This document shows, in pieces, positions 27,401 through 41,900 of a stretch of DNA of 64,000 bases. Both the position numbers and the translations under genes were made by a program. Source of the DNA: Paramecium tetraurelia (Eukaryota); assembly GCA_000165425.1 (NCBI GenBank), contig CT868052.1:558001-622000 (forward strand). The letters are read 5' to 3'. Position 1 is the first letter of the stretch. The number at the start of each line of letters is the position of its first letter. Under the pieces are notes generated by a model, which did no database searches, was not told where the DNA came from, and saw only the letters and a list, made by a program, of their open reading frames with translations.

Positions 27401-30400
27401 TAAATTTAATTTGACTCTATCTACAGTTTGCATCTAAACAGTATTAAGAGCTTTGAAAATAATGGAAAAAATATTTAATAAATAGCAACAAGAAGTACAT
27501 CAGAGTTTTGTAAAATCATTCGGAGGGGGTACAGATGACGATTCATCTCATTCAGAAGATAATATAATTTAGGTATCACCTTATTCCATAAAAAATCTAA
27601 CAGGTTATCCTATAGTTGTTGAATTTATTGACAATTTGAGATTACCCTCTCTCAATTTACATATCAATCAACAATAAAATCTCATTTTTGATGATGAAAT
27701 AGAGAGGGCTAGCTCTGGACAAAGAAGAGTAAATGTAACTATAAAAGCAGATAAAGTGCCTTTTCCAATTAAATTAATTGATTTGGATAAAATATCGGCT
27801 AAATTATTTGAATAAGACAATCTTCAAGCCTTTGCCAGTGTAAAATTGGATTAGTTGACAAACCAAAAGATTTTGAGTTTGTATGCTCCAGTTGTAATAG
27901 TGAATAAAACCAGCAAATCTATCATAATATCAATTAGTGATGACAAACATTAGCAGACTATGAAACTAAGTTAATAAAAAATAGATCAAGAATTGAGTCA
28001 TATGGCTCCAATTCCTTTGGGATTTGTGAATCCTAAAATAGCAATAAGATTTAGTGAATGCTAAGACTACACTGAAGATATTCTTGTGGATTCTTTGATA
28101 AAATAACAGGATAAGAACATTGAAATAGAGACTAGAGATGGACAATATATATTGGTTAAGGTGAGTAAGGACAATGACAACTAAGGAAAGTTTGAGTTAG
28201 AACTACAAACTCCATTCAGAATAACTAATTCATTACCTTTAGATATTTTTATCTAAATGATGAACCACAATAAAGAAACAACATTTACAAAAAAGATTTG
28301 TCAATAATAAACGATAGAGGACTATTAACATGGTCATTATAAATGCAGCTATCTTAGAGTATATATAGAGGGATATTATTGGTCTGATGAGTTTAAGTTG
28401 TAAGCTGCAGAAGAATTATAGTAAAAAAATGATGATTGTATTTCCAAATTAAGTTTGAATGATTCAAATAATAATCCAACTACATTATTAATATTTGAGT
28501 CTTAAAAATAATAGGATTATGCTAAATTGACAAGAGAATATGTAATTCATTGTTCTGGCTACATTATCAATAAATCAGGAATCCCATTGAAATATTTTAC
28601 TAATAATAATAAAAATGATTTGACTCCATTAGGAGGCATGGAATCAATAAATACTGGAGATCCTTTGAATAGATAAATAGTACTTTTGGGAACAGAATCT
28701 GGTAACATCTTATCATTGAGTCATACTTCAACCAACTAAAAAATATCTTAATTCCCTATATAGATTTCAACAATAGGTGAACCTGAAATAGATGTAATCA
28801 TCAGTAATGAGGAAGATACAAATTAATTACTATAAACCTTTTTGGGTGCTAAATTGGAATTAGGAAGATGCAACAAAAAATACACTTTATTCAACAAAAT
28901 AATTACACTTGAACCCAGATTCATCATTATCAATAATTGTAATTAGGATATAGTTATTGCTTCAGATGAGGATCTCTTTTCTTAAAGTGTTCCCTCCAAT
29001 TAAAGAATAATATTCTAATCTCATTATAATTCAAAAACTAAAATTAGAAATCCCTGTTAGTTCATCAGTATGAATTTAAGCAATAATGATTATTAAAGCA
29101 GCAGTAGATTAAATATCAGTGCTATTGGCATTCTTTATTATTAACTTAGAAGAAAAGATTAACCTAAAGAAAGATTATACTTTAGTTGTGATATTCGCTA
29201 AGAAGGATGCAGTCTTTATATTATATTCAATTAATTGCCTCAAGATCAAGCACCATACAAAATTGAATTGCCAGTTGAAAATCTAGAATTGGAAATCCCA
29301 GAGTTAGATGTGATACTCAACTCAAACAATTAAGTTACTTATTTTGCATGGGATGATCCATAAAGACTATAAAAAGCATTGAATGTTGAGTTGAGAATTA
29401 GGGATGATCCTAATGGAGATTACAAGCCTCTCAAATATACCTTATATCCAGATCATATTGGACTATTTCAAGTGTATACCTTTAGGCCTCCAAAAGGATC
29501 GAAAGCAGCATTAATCTCAGTTGCATTATCAATTCTCCCTAAAGGTTGTTAAAAGTAAATTCAAATTACTACAGCCACTTAAGAACAAGTCAAAATGTCT
29601 AAACTTAAACCAAAACAAGATTTCTTAAGACAGTTAAAATAACAGAATAGTTTAGATAATGAAGATGAGGATGAATCAAGAGCTCAATCGGTCTCTTTAC
29701 AATCAAGATAGTCTAGCTCTGAGAATAGTGACAAAATTGAAAATAGAATCAATCTTAAACTCAATTCATTTTCTTTATCCATAGTTCATAATTCAGATGT
29801 TAAAAGAAGACCTGCTGAATTTTTCCATTTCACTTGTACTAATATAGAGTTTGTAACTATTTCAACCGTTTTGAATACAGTAGTCTAATTAAGAGTGTAA
29901 TATATCAATTTTGATCACAATGCTGAATTCTTTGTACAATACCCAGTTGTAATTACACCATAAAAATATGCCTTATATCATGTTGCACCCAAACAATAAC
30001 AACAATAATAACAATAATAATAGTAATAATAATAGCAATAGTAATAATAGAGTGATAAGTATTTCTTTAATGTCATGATTATTAAAGATAATAGAGTGTC
30101 TGACATTAAATTATTCTAAAATATCACTTTCGAAGTAGATCCTTTTGAAATTAGGGTTGAATAGTTGTTTATAAGTAACCTCCTAGAATTCATTTGGGCC
30201 ATTACATCATTCTAAGGTTAAATCTATGAATTAGATAAGAATTAATCTGGAAGCTTTGTCATGGAGAAATAATATCAAGTATTGAAATAAGAAGAAGAAA
30301 AGGAAATAGAATATAACAATTAAAAAAATATGCAATCTTTCGTTTAATTTGATGAAGAGTGGAGAACAAAGAAATTACCTGATCCATAATTGCCGACTTA

Positions 30401-31677
30401 CATTAGTGAAATTGTCATATCACCTATTAAATTGAACTTAACAGTTTAGATGTCTGGCAAAGGTGATTTAAATATGGGTAAACTTGCTATCTTTGCTTCA
30501 GTTGCTCAAGCTGTTGGAGTAGTTCTATCAGATATTAGTGAAGCCCCAATCTTCTTTTAAGGATGGAAAATAGAGAATTGCTTTGATACTGGCTCAGGTA
30601 TAACGAATAAAATGATTCAATTTTATAAATAGGAAGGAATCAAACAAATCGGATCTGTTATTGGAAGTTTGTCAATCATAGGTAATCCAATTGGTTTATT
30701 GAATAATATCTCCACTGGATTCAAAGACTTAGTTGATAAACCAGCAGCTGGTTTGACTCAAGGACCCTTAGAGGCTGGATTAGGATTAGCCTAGGGAGCT
30801 ACTTCATTAGTATCACATACAATTGCAGGAGCATTCAGTTCAGTTAATAAGATTACAGGTAGTGTTGGAAGTGGTCTCGCTAACTTGACAATGGATGAAG
30901 ATTATTTAAGAAAGAGAGAGAAGTAAAAAATGCACAAACCAAAACATATTGGCGATGGACTTGGATAAGGAGCTAAATCAATTATGACTGGAATTACTGA
31001 TGGAATCACAGGAGTATTCTTAAAGCCAATTAAAGGAGCAAAGGAATAAGGCATTAAAGGAGTATTCACTGGAACTGCTTAAGGACTTGCTGGTTTAATC
31101 ATAAAACCAATAACAGGAGTACTAGATGGTATGTCTCAAGCAGCTGCTGGAATATAAAATACTGTTTCATATTTCGATGATAAACCAAATAATAACAGAT
31201 CAAGAAATATTAGACCTGTCTATGGATTAGAAGGTTATATTTAAGACTTTAATTCAATTGATGCAGAAGGATTTACAATGATCCACTTTTTGAAGGGGGG
31301 AATTTTGTAAAATGACCGATTTGTAGCAGCTTACCTAATTGTTCCTGATGTCAAAGAACCAGAAAATAAATTCATGTTGGTTATTACATTTGAACATTTT
31401 ATTTATATGTCATTCAAGACCAAGAAAAAAGTAAAGATATTACTAGCTATTTTTTTAGGTTTGGATTCTTGAGACCAATGAAGTGACTCATTTAGAAATA
31501 GTTCCATCTGGAATAAAGATTTAAGTCAACAAGCCTCAAAAATAATTAAAGGTATTATTATATAATAGTATTTAGAATAAATATGTGACCCAAATTCAAT
31601 TATTAAAGGAGGAATAATTAGAAGTCTTCAAAACAATGTAAGGTGTTAGGGAAGCTTAAGGAGCAATTTAAAAATGA
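21423..31677 (+). CDS. VPS13: VPS13 family bridge-like lipid transfer protein (~3,380 aa)
   Basis: Chorein-N start MFESLLEKVLNSVLGQFIEGFDAQNLHIGIWSGEV...VPWKSL; VAB/SHR-BD-like repeats (SPYSIKNLTGYPI, PFRITNSLP, APYKIE..YFAWDDP); C-terminal GSLSIIGNPIGLLNNISTGFKDL...GITDGITGVFLKPIKGA...GLIIKPITGVLD...RNIRP. Short introns near 21624, 22045, 31431 and 31552. Confidence 0.96.
29994..30050 (+). repeat. Poly-Gln tract (19 Q) inside VPS13
   Basis: 19 consecutive CAA/TAA/TAG codons in the VPS13 frame, 14 of them TAA or TAG. Confidence 0.9.
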
Positions 31678-31942
31678 GTTAAATTTTTATGAATGCTATT
31701 TATTTATTAATAAGATTAATAAAGCCAAAACTTATTATATTCTAGAAATTTATTCTTGGTTTTAAATCTTTGATTTTTTTGATAAAAATACTTCGATTAT
31801 AATTATTAATCCAATAATGAGTAAGTAGTTATCTTTCTATATTTATGTTACAATGTTGGGTATTAAAATAATCTTTGGAAAAATATTAACTAAAAAATCA
31901 AATTATAATTAATTAATTAGAATATATAAATTATTCTTGATT

Positions 31943-34900
31943 TCAATTTTCATCAAGCTTGATTAATACTCTTCTTCCATATCTCTAAATTTGTTAATCA
32001 TTTGTAGAAGCCTTAAATAATTTATTACAATTTTTACTAATGATTGCTCGATAATTTATCTGATTTCCAATTCTTCAAATTTTCTCTTGCATTCAGGATA
32101 TTAGCATAGATTTCCTATCGAAAATAAGGAGATTCTAGTTGTCTGATCAGATTTCACTAATTCTAATAACTAATTTAATGCTCCATGTTTGATAAAGTCT
32201 TTTATTAGCAAATTTGAATTCCTAACTAAATTTCCGAGTGCCCCGGCTGCATTAGATCTTGTTTTTTCCTAATTATATTATTTATGTAATTTAATACTTC
32301 TTAATCTTTGAGTAGTTCAACTAACTAGGGTATTACCGGCCTTAAATTATCATATAATCTATCACTATGGAATCCTGCATTTCCAACTGCAAAACAAGCA
32401 AATTTTCTTGTGTTCTTATCAGGATCCGAACAACATTTGATACATAGATTTATTAAATCATATTTCAAAAGTTGTTCATAAAAATAAGAGGAATGTCTAC
32501 AGAGATTTCCAATTAAATTGCATACTTTTGATCTCAAGTTATAATCTGGAGATTGAATCTATTATTTCAATTCAATGTATAAGTTCATCTGGTGGATATT
32601 AGGGTAATAATCAGCACTAATTCTGGCTAGCTATGATAAAATATTAATTGAATCAACACTCATAACTGAATACTTTTACAAAATTGCAAGTCCATTATTT
32701 TGAATAAAGCTCTATGCGAAATACTTATCCTCTTCATTATTCCATACCAACTTGGATATAAAGGAAATGATTAAATTAATTTGTTCCTTCTGTGAATTTT
32801 TTACAAGGTTTAAAACGAGAGCCACGACATCCTAACTGTTTAGTTCTTTAAAGATATGAGAATTATTTTGATCTTACAATGCTAGAATAAATAATTTAAT
32901 AATCTATTCTCCTATTTTATTGACACAACCTATGCCACCGCCAAGAGAAGATGGCCATTCTTAAATATTTTATAATTGGACATCTTTCAAAAATAAACAC
33001 AAAGTTCTAATTGAATTGTCTTAAAACATTAATTAACCTAGTGCTTTAAAGTTCGAATATATGGAATCATGAATTAATATCAACAAAAAAACAAATCCTT
33101 TTGGAGATACATCATTTCTACTTGTTATGTTTTTGAAGATCGAAAATATTAGTTGATGAATTTCATATTTTTCTAATAATATAAATAAATCTGTTAATTT
33201 CTTTTGTTCTTTATTATATCGAAACAATAATTTAGATATTAATGTTATTACTCCATCAACAAATCCATAACTAGGGATTCCAAAGCTACTACCTTCTAGC
33301 TTTCTAATTTCATCTAATCTATTGCTTTTTTTAGTCGGATTTACCAATTCTACAAGTAGTTTATATGGATGTTATTAAGTGAAGTAATTGAGTAATTAGT
33401 TTATAAAGCTAGTTTCCGATTGTAACAACTCTGCTATTAATTAAACTGCTGCTAATGAAACGATTGGATTAATTTAAATATTGTTCTCAAAAGTGCTTAT
33501 CACTTATTAAAAAGTAATTTAATATTCATAGTTTTTATTTCTATATTGTTAAACTAGAATTAATAAGGCAGTTCCTTAAAGTAAAGATTCTTGTGAATTG
33601 AGTGATTAATTTATGATTTCTTTAGAAATTTGAATATCCTTCTTTATCCTTATCATTTAAAGTAGAATTCTTAAAACAGATATTCGTATCAAATTTTATT
33701 ATTCATCCTAATAATTACAAATCTTTAAATGATCAACATCTGCATAAGATGTTATAATCTAATTTCTTAAAGACTCGAATAAAGGTAAAGATTCATTGAA
33801 ATTTTGCACTTATGTTGAATAACCCTTCTTCCATGGAAAATGGATGATTTCCCCATTTATTGGATGAATCAGTACACTAATTACCTATGTGGCTAATTTA
33901 TGGATGATTAAATTATTTTTAGTAAGTTTAGCAATTTCATTAACTAAATTATTATCAACTAACTCCTTATAGAATAAAACCGATCTAAGAGGATTCAAAC
34001 TTGCTTAATTGGCAAAAAGTCCTATGGTCTTAATAGTATTGATTAATTCATTATTCTAGCCTACCCTGAGTATTTAGGCAGTCATGCCAACAAATTTAAT
34101 AAAAATGTTGTCAATTCCTATATTCTTATCAAAAGTAGCCTAAGCCAATAATCCAATAGTTTTAATCAATTCTGATAATAACTCTAAATTTCCTTGCCTT
34201 ATAAAGTTCCTAATATGAGTAATCAATTGTATAGGAATTTGTTAATTTTTGACAACATCCAACCCTTCCTATTGATTTCCTTTGGTTATTACTAATCCAA
34301 ACACTTTTAAAGCACTGTATAATGCTGGCTTTTTAGGTGGAGTCAAAACCTATAGCAATTTATCCAAGAATCCAGGATCACATCTCAATTAAGTTGCACC
34401 TTAAACATCATTAGCAATTTGTTCACATCTAACCCAAAATTCATCATTGCATGGCATTCTTTTTGGAGATACATCTCGATTATCTTTTATTTAATCATAA
34501 ATAATGATCTCACGAGTTGGTGTCAAAGATCTTTTTCTTTTATCTACCACTTCATCCTCAACTCCTGCCCACTGGTTGTATTATTATAATCTCCTCTTTC
34601 TATCGCATTTTTCTTAATCTGTTTCAGCAATAAAGGGATGATTTAACAGTTCTGGCCAACCTAACCTTTATGAAGGTGTTTTGTTGAGTAGTCCTTTCAA
34701 AAAACTCATAAATTATGAACTCATGTTATCAGGATACTTTACTGGATCCTTAATAATCAGCTGTATTAGAGAGTAGATTTAATTTGTATAAAAGGGAGGC
34801 TGTCCGACAAAAAGTTCGTATAATATGACCCCTAAGGACCACAAATCAACAGTGTGATCATACGGCTATTCTTAGACTAGTTCTGGGGCCATATAGAGAG

Positions 34901-35418
34901 GAGTTCCCTTGATTGAATGCAGAACTTAAGTGTTTGTCGACATAGCTCTAGCAAACCCAAAATCTATTAATTTGACCACTCCATCTGCAGAAATTAAAAT
35001 GTTCTATGGTTTCATGTCTCTATGAATTATTCTATTCGAATGCAGGTAATGCAATGCTCTAACTAATTATTAAGCTATGATTCTAACTTCACTCTCTGAT
35101 ATTTTTCGATCATCCTCCAAAATTTCAAATAATACACCTTGTCCAAACTAAACAATATTCTATCAAAAAGATTACTTCTGTTACTAAACAAAATTCACCT
35201 GCTGTTTCAAAGGCATCTAATAATAATATGATATTTTCATGCTTCAATCTCCTTAATATTTCAATTTCCTATCTCAAATTTGCCAAATCTTTTTCTGACT
35301 TCCCTCTCTTGCTAATAAATTTCAAAGCAGCAATCTGATTACTCTTTTTTAATCTTCCTTTATAAACCTTCCCGAAAGACCCTTCTCCTATTAAATGTAA
35401 TATGTGATAATTTTCCAT
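31943..35418 (-). CDS. STK36: Fused/STK36 (TIO-like) Ser/Thr kinase with C-terminal ARM/HEAT repeats
   Basis: [22 protein letters not shown]...[70 protein letters not shown]. The C-terminal [19 protein letters not shown]...[14 protein letters not shown]...[15 protein letters not shown] is diagnostic of the Fused family. Confidence 0.93.
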
Positions 35419-35980
35419 TTGATTTTAACTTTATTATTAGAATAAAATTAGAATAGAGTTAACATTATTAATAATTCTAAAATTAACAAATATATACATG
35501 GTTTAAATTGTAAATCTACTTATAATGTAATAGACTGAAGTAATTAAGTAAATTGAGGGATAATTGAGTAGGACTAGGTCGTAATTGTTTGATCCAATTT
35601 ATGTTGAGTGATAGGTGAGTATTTTTGGATTAAAATATAAAATTTGATATAAAAATTAGTCTATTCAATTTTAGAGAAAGGGAAATAAATAAATAAAATA
35701 TATTAAATTCACAAATTTGATAAAATTTATTAACTGGCAAATCCTATCTTGAATTGCAAATTTAATTGATAGAAGTGATTGTCTTTTTTAATATTTTAAT
35801 TTGAGTTAAAGTTTCTTTGGCTTAATTACGTATAACAATGAGTTGTACTTTGTTGTGATGAAGGCCTGTCGGTTTATATTAATAATTAAAATGAGAACTC
35901 GTTTCATAAAAAACGGATAATAATCCCTATTCTTATATTTAGTGATCACTTTTAGAATTCATTTATTATTTTACATTATT

Positions 35981-38900
35981 ATGAAGAAATCTTCATTAAT
36001 ATTGCTTTTGTTTTTGATATGTTCGCTACAAGGTAAAAGTGGTTAAAATATATTTTTAGCGTAACAGTTTGTTGAACTTTAAAGCGGAATTAAATTACAA
36101 TCGCTTGAAGAATTGAATAATTTGGATACAGGTAGTCTAGATTGTTCTCCAGGCCTGGAATAGGTGAGCAAGTCTATGGAAGCTTGGCAGGAGATTCTCG
36201 CTGACCCTGATCAGATAGATAATGATATTGATAATTTGCAGAAACTTAAAATTGCTGTGTCTGATTATAGGTAATCAGAAGGGGAGAAAACAAGTATCTA
36301 AAAATATAACATTTAGCATTGTTGCAATATCACAGTACAAAGGGTTCTTTTGCATTTGTTCAATTAAGATAGGAAGATAGAGATACCTTATTACAATAAT
36401 GGAGACAATATGGTCAAGATATATTAGATGGTTAATTAAATTTATTGGATGAGGCAGCCTCAAAAGAAGATGCCGATTAGTGTTGTGATAAAATAGAGGA
36501 GTTAATTAATAAGCTCATAAGTGAAAGAGAATAAATAAGAGAGCAATGCAAAAAACCATCAGTAATTTATTTAAATGATTTATCTAGATTACAATTAATA
36601 TCATTAATTCTAAATCTGATGATGTACAAAGAAGAGTTGAATCATGTTCTAAAGATGGAATTATAGTGAACACAGACGACAATAAGAAAGTTGTCATCAG
36701 ACCTGGACAAGGAAGTGCTCCTGAATCTGAAGATGAGCCTGTCAGTGCTTCAGCATTAGTTAGTTCATCAGATTCTGAAGATGATGAGGAAACTGTGAAT
36801 AAGAAATAACCATCAGATTACACAACTGATAAGCCAGTTAGAACAACAGAGGTTGAGAATGAAGATGAAGAAGGATCAGAAGACTTAGTTGAATATGGAT
36901 ATGGATATTGGGCTAGATTTATGTTGGCTTATCCAAGATTCATGCCTAAGGGTAAAGATGCACCTTGGTACTTTGTTTCAAGGTTGTCTTCCAATAAAAA
37001 TACAGACAACGTGAATATGGGAGATAGACTATTGGCAATCTGGTTAGGAAAAGGATTCTATCATTTTACTACATGTGATAAAACATAAAATCAACCAAAC
37101 GTTGTTAAGAATGTTGACTATCCAGTCAATTTGGATGGTGTTTGGACATACATTTACTATTCATACAGCTCAGAAAAGAAAAAAGCAGTTGCTTATATTA
37201 AATTCGGAGATGATGATTTTAAGAAAGTTGAGCATGAAGTCACACATCCAACCACTAAATTTGTTAGATTCACTGTTGGTGGCACAGATGAAAAGAGATA
37301 TCCAGGATTCAATGGTTTATTGAGTACCATTTATTTCAGTGCCAAGAGAGGAGTCTTTATCGATAATGATGATGACATTCAAGCTAAATTACAATCTATG
37401 AAAAAAATCCCAAAGGACTTTATTCCTGACCTTGTTACATACAAAGTTACCACAAATCCCATTACAAGAACACCTGAAGACAGAGAAATCCATTAAATTG
37501 TTGGTACCACTTCAACTCCTAAATTCCCTCATGAATATGGCATAAGTGGATGGTTCAAATGGACACCAACTGATAAACAATAAGATTGGCACAACATCTT
37601 CAGAGTTTAGATTCAAACTCCATCAACTGACAAATTCTTAGGAGATAGAACCTTATCAGCTTGGGTTGGAAAATAAGATGGAGGCATCATTCATTTACCT
37701 ACTTATACCGTCACAGACCTTGAAGGTAATGGTAATGCTAATCTCTTCAAGAATATTCCTCACAAAAATAGACTTAAATCAATGGTTCTTTGTTTACTTT
37801 GGATACTCTAGACCATAATAGAAAGCTAAGGCTTACATCAGATGGACAGATTCAGAGGATCATTAAGAATATGAAAATGTTAGACATTTCACTGTTCCCA
37901 AATATTACATCTTTGTAGGAAGAGATAAACATTTCCCAGGATTCAACGGAGACGTTGCCTTGGTTGCATTCAATATTGGAGAAGGCTCATTTAAACCAGG
38001 AAATGATTTCAAAGCTAAAAACGATGCTTTCAATGCAGTAGTCGGATAAAAGCAATTGTTAGGAAAATAACCAGATGACAAAGTTAAAGAGAAGGAGGAT
38101 GAAGACGATGATGATGGTATTACTACTCCAAGTTCTACCGATGATAATAAGCCTAAAGTTGATGAAACCAAAGAATCCGAGGAAGAATTAGTAGAATATG
38201 GTTATGGATTTTGGGCAAGATTCTTAACTGCTTATCCAGTTAGGTTACTTAACGGAAAGAATGCCCCATGGTACTTCGTATCCAGATTGACATCCAACCA
38301 AAACTATGGAAATATTGCTATGGGAGATAGAACCTTAGCTATTTGGTTAGGATAAGGATATTATCATTTCACTACATGTGACAAGAAATCTAACAATCCA
38401 AATGTAATCTAAAACATCAATTATCCCAATGATATTGAAGGGTGTCTGGACATATGTTTACTATTCATATAGTGCTTAAGAAAACAAGGCTATTGCATTC
38501 ATTAAATATGGAGACTTAGAACCAAGATCAATCATCCATAATGTCAATCACCCAGCAACCAAATACGTTAGATTCATCTTAGGTGGAAAAGACAGCAATA
38601 GATACCCAGGATTTAATGGTTTATTCAGTTAAATTGTTTTCTCTGCCAAAGAAGGAGCCTTTGTTGATACTTTAGATGACTTTAATGATCACATCTCTAG
38701 AACAATTATCCCAGTTCATGATTTGGATAGACTATATAAACATGAATTAGTTGAAGATACAATTTCAAGAAAAGTCAATGATAATCCAGTTTATGATGAA
38801 TTAGGTGGTGGCGCTTAAAAATTCCCACATGAATATGCAGTTAGTGGTTGGTTCAAATGGGAACAAACTTAATAATAGGTTTGGCACAATGTTTTCAGAG

Positions 38901-41900
38901 TTCAAATTAACAAACCATCTACTGATAGATTCTTAGGTGACAGAACTCTTTCATTCTGGATTGGTACAGCTTAAGGAGGTATTTTCCATTTCCCAACTTA
39001 TACATACACCAACATGAATGGTGCTGGTAATCCCAATATGGTCAGCAATATTGTTCACAAGAATAGACATTTGGAATGGTTCTTTGTTTACTTTGGATAC
39101 TCTAAAAATGAGAGAAAAGGATTTGTAGGAGTGAAATTCACTGGAGGTATTGAAACTATTGAATACAACAATGTCAACCATTACTACACTCCATATTTCT
39201 ATACTTATGTTGGTAAGGATAAACAATTCCCAGGATTTAATGGTAAAATTGGATATGTTAACTTTGCTTTGGGAAGTGGTACTTTCAGAAAAACACCAGA
39301 TTTCAAGCATCCTAATGATGTGTTCGGATTTGATAAAGGAGAATCAACTCTACTTAAGAAACCAGAGTCAAAGAAACCTTAACCCATCACTGATGAAACT
39401 GGCGAAAAATAATTACCAAGTGCTCACAATGAAAATAGTCCTAAAGTTATCAAAGAATTCAGATCTGATGTTACATTCACTGAATATGGTTATGGATTTT
39501 GGGCAAGATTCTTAACAGCTTACCCTGATCAAATTACCAAATGGTAAGAATGCTCCTTGGTACTTTATGGCAAGATTGACACAACATGAAAATTATGACA
39601 ATATCAGAAATGGGAGACAGAATCTTAGCAATCTGGTAAGGATAAGGTTATTATCACTTCACTACCAACAATGTTCAACCAGCTAATCCAAATGTGATCA
39701 GAAATATCAACTACCCTGCTGATATTGAAGGTCTTTGGACACATTTCTATTTCTCTTACTCTAATACAGGAAAAGCTGTTGCAATTGTTAAATTCGGTGA
39801 TTTAGATCCAGTGTCAGCTGAATTCCCTGTTAAACACCCTGATTTGAAATATCTTAAATTTATTTTAGGTGGAAAGGATTAAAATAGATACCCAGGTTTC
39901 AATGGACAATTCACTCAAGTCATCTACTCAACTTCAGTTGGTGCATTCATTGATTCTGTTGACAATTATAAGAAACAATTTGCTGATAAGCCATCCCCAC
40001 TTAAAGGAGGAAAAGTCCCACTCTCAACCACAAGAATTGTTGATTCCTAAATTGATAGATAGGTTAACTCAGATCCAACTAAGACAACAGTAGAAACAGT
40101 CTTCCCTAAGGAATATGCCTTCTCTGGTTGGTTCAAATGGTCATAACCTACTACTCCATAATAAGCTTGGCACAATCTTTTCAGAGTCTAAATTTCTTAC
40201 CCATCAGCAGACAGAAATTTGGGAGATAGAACTTTGGCTGGTTGGGTAGGAAATGGAGGAATCATTCATTTAACAACATATTCTTACAGAAATATGAATG
40301 GAGCTGGACAAAATAATTTGCCATAAAATATTCCACACAAGAACAGACATCTTGATTGGTTCTTCGTTTACTTTGGATATAACAAAAACGATAAATAAGG
40401 ATATGCTTATATTAAATGGAAGGACTCAGATGATAACTTAGATTTCAAAGACATTAATCATTACTTTGCTAATAAATATTATGTCTTCACAGGTAGAGAT
40501 GCCTAATTCCCAGGATTTAATGGAAAAGTTGCATATGTTTCATTCAATGTAGGAGAAGGTGCTTCAAGAAGAGGAAATGATTTCAGTCATCCAGATGATG
40601 CATTCAGATTTGATAAAGCTGGTTAATTGATTCCAAAAGTAGACCCATCAAAACCAAAAGTTGATGAGAATACAGTTCATGTTAACAAAGTTGATAACAA
40701 TTCACCAAGAGTTGATGAAATCTTGAGATCAAATGATAATTTAGTTGAATATGGTTATGGATTTTGGTCTAGATTCTTAACAGCTTATCCATCAAGATTG
40801 ATATACGGAAAGAATTAACCATGGTACTTTGTCTCAAGATTGACAACTAACGAAGATTATGATAATGTTAGAATGGGAGACAGAGCTTTGGCAATCTGGT
40901 AAGGATAAGGATACTATCATTTCACAACTTGCAACAAATAAAATGGCGCAGTCAATGTAATCTAAAATATCAACTATCCTGATGATATTGAAGGAGTATG
41001 GACATACATCTACTATTCCTACAGTGCTGAAAAGAAGAAGGCTGTTGCATTCATCAAATATGGATCAGAAAACTTCAAATCAATCACTCATCAAGTTGTT
41101 CACCCAACCACATAAAGTGTTAGATTTATTTTGGGAGGCATGGATGAAAAGAGATACCCAGCCTTTAATGGTGTTTTCACTAAAGTTGTTTACTCTCATC
41201 AAATCGGAGTTTTTGTTGATTCAATTGATAAATTATAAGCTGGAGTTGTTCCATAAGTTCCAGTCGATTTAAGCAACACTAAGATTGTCGAATCTCCAAT
41301 TGAGAGATCAGTTCAAGTTGCTCCAACTGAAACTACCGTTGGCAAAGATGATGAGTTACCAAAATTACCAGAAGAATATGGACTTAGTGGATGGTTCAAG
41401 TGGACACCTACTTAACAATAAGTTTGGCACAACATCTTCAGAGTATACATCAACACTCCAGCTAGTGACAGATTTTTGGGAGATAGAACACTTTCTCTTT
41501 GGTTAGGTAATCAACAAGGTGGTATCCTTCATTTCCCAACTTATACATACAGCAATATGAATGGTGCAGGAAATCCAAATGTTGTTTAAAATATTCAACA
41601 TAAAAATAGACACAATAACTGGTTCTTCGTTTACTATGGCTATTCAAAGGTTAATAGACAAGCATATGCTTATGTAAAATGGACTGACAGCGAAGACTCA
41701 TTGAACTATGTTAACATTAATCATTACTATGCACCAAAATTCTATGTCACAGTAGGAAAAGATAAATTCTTCCCAGGATTCAATGGATTTGTAGCATATG
41801 TTAACTTCAATCTAGGAAAAGGAAGCTTTAGAAAAGGTAACGACTTTACTCATGATGGTGATTTCTTCGGATTTTCTACTGGTAAAGATAAATTATTCCA

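Noticed and set aside
1247..36463. Short ORF-track calls such as 1247-1519, 1557-1769, 4296-4496, 9029-9307, 10678-10914, 21811-22035, 24164-24517 and 36275-36463
   Set aside because: They are off-frame or antisense to well-supported code-6 genes.
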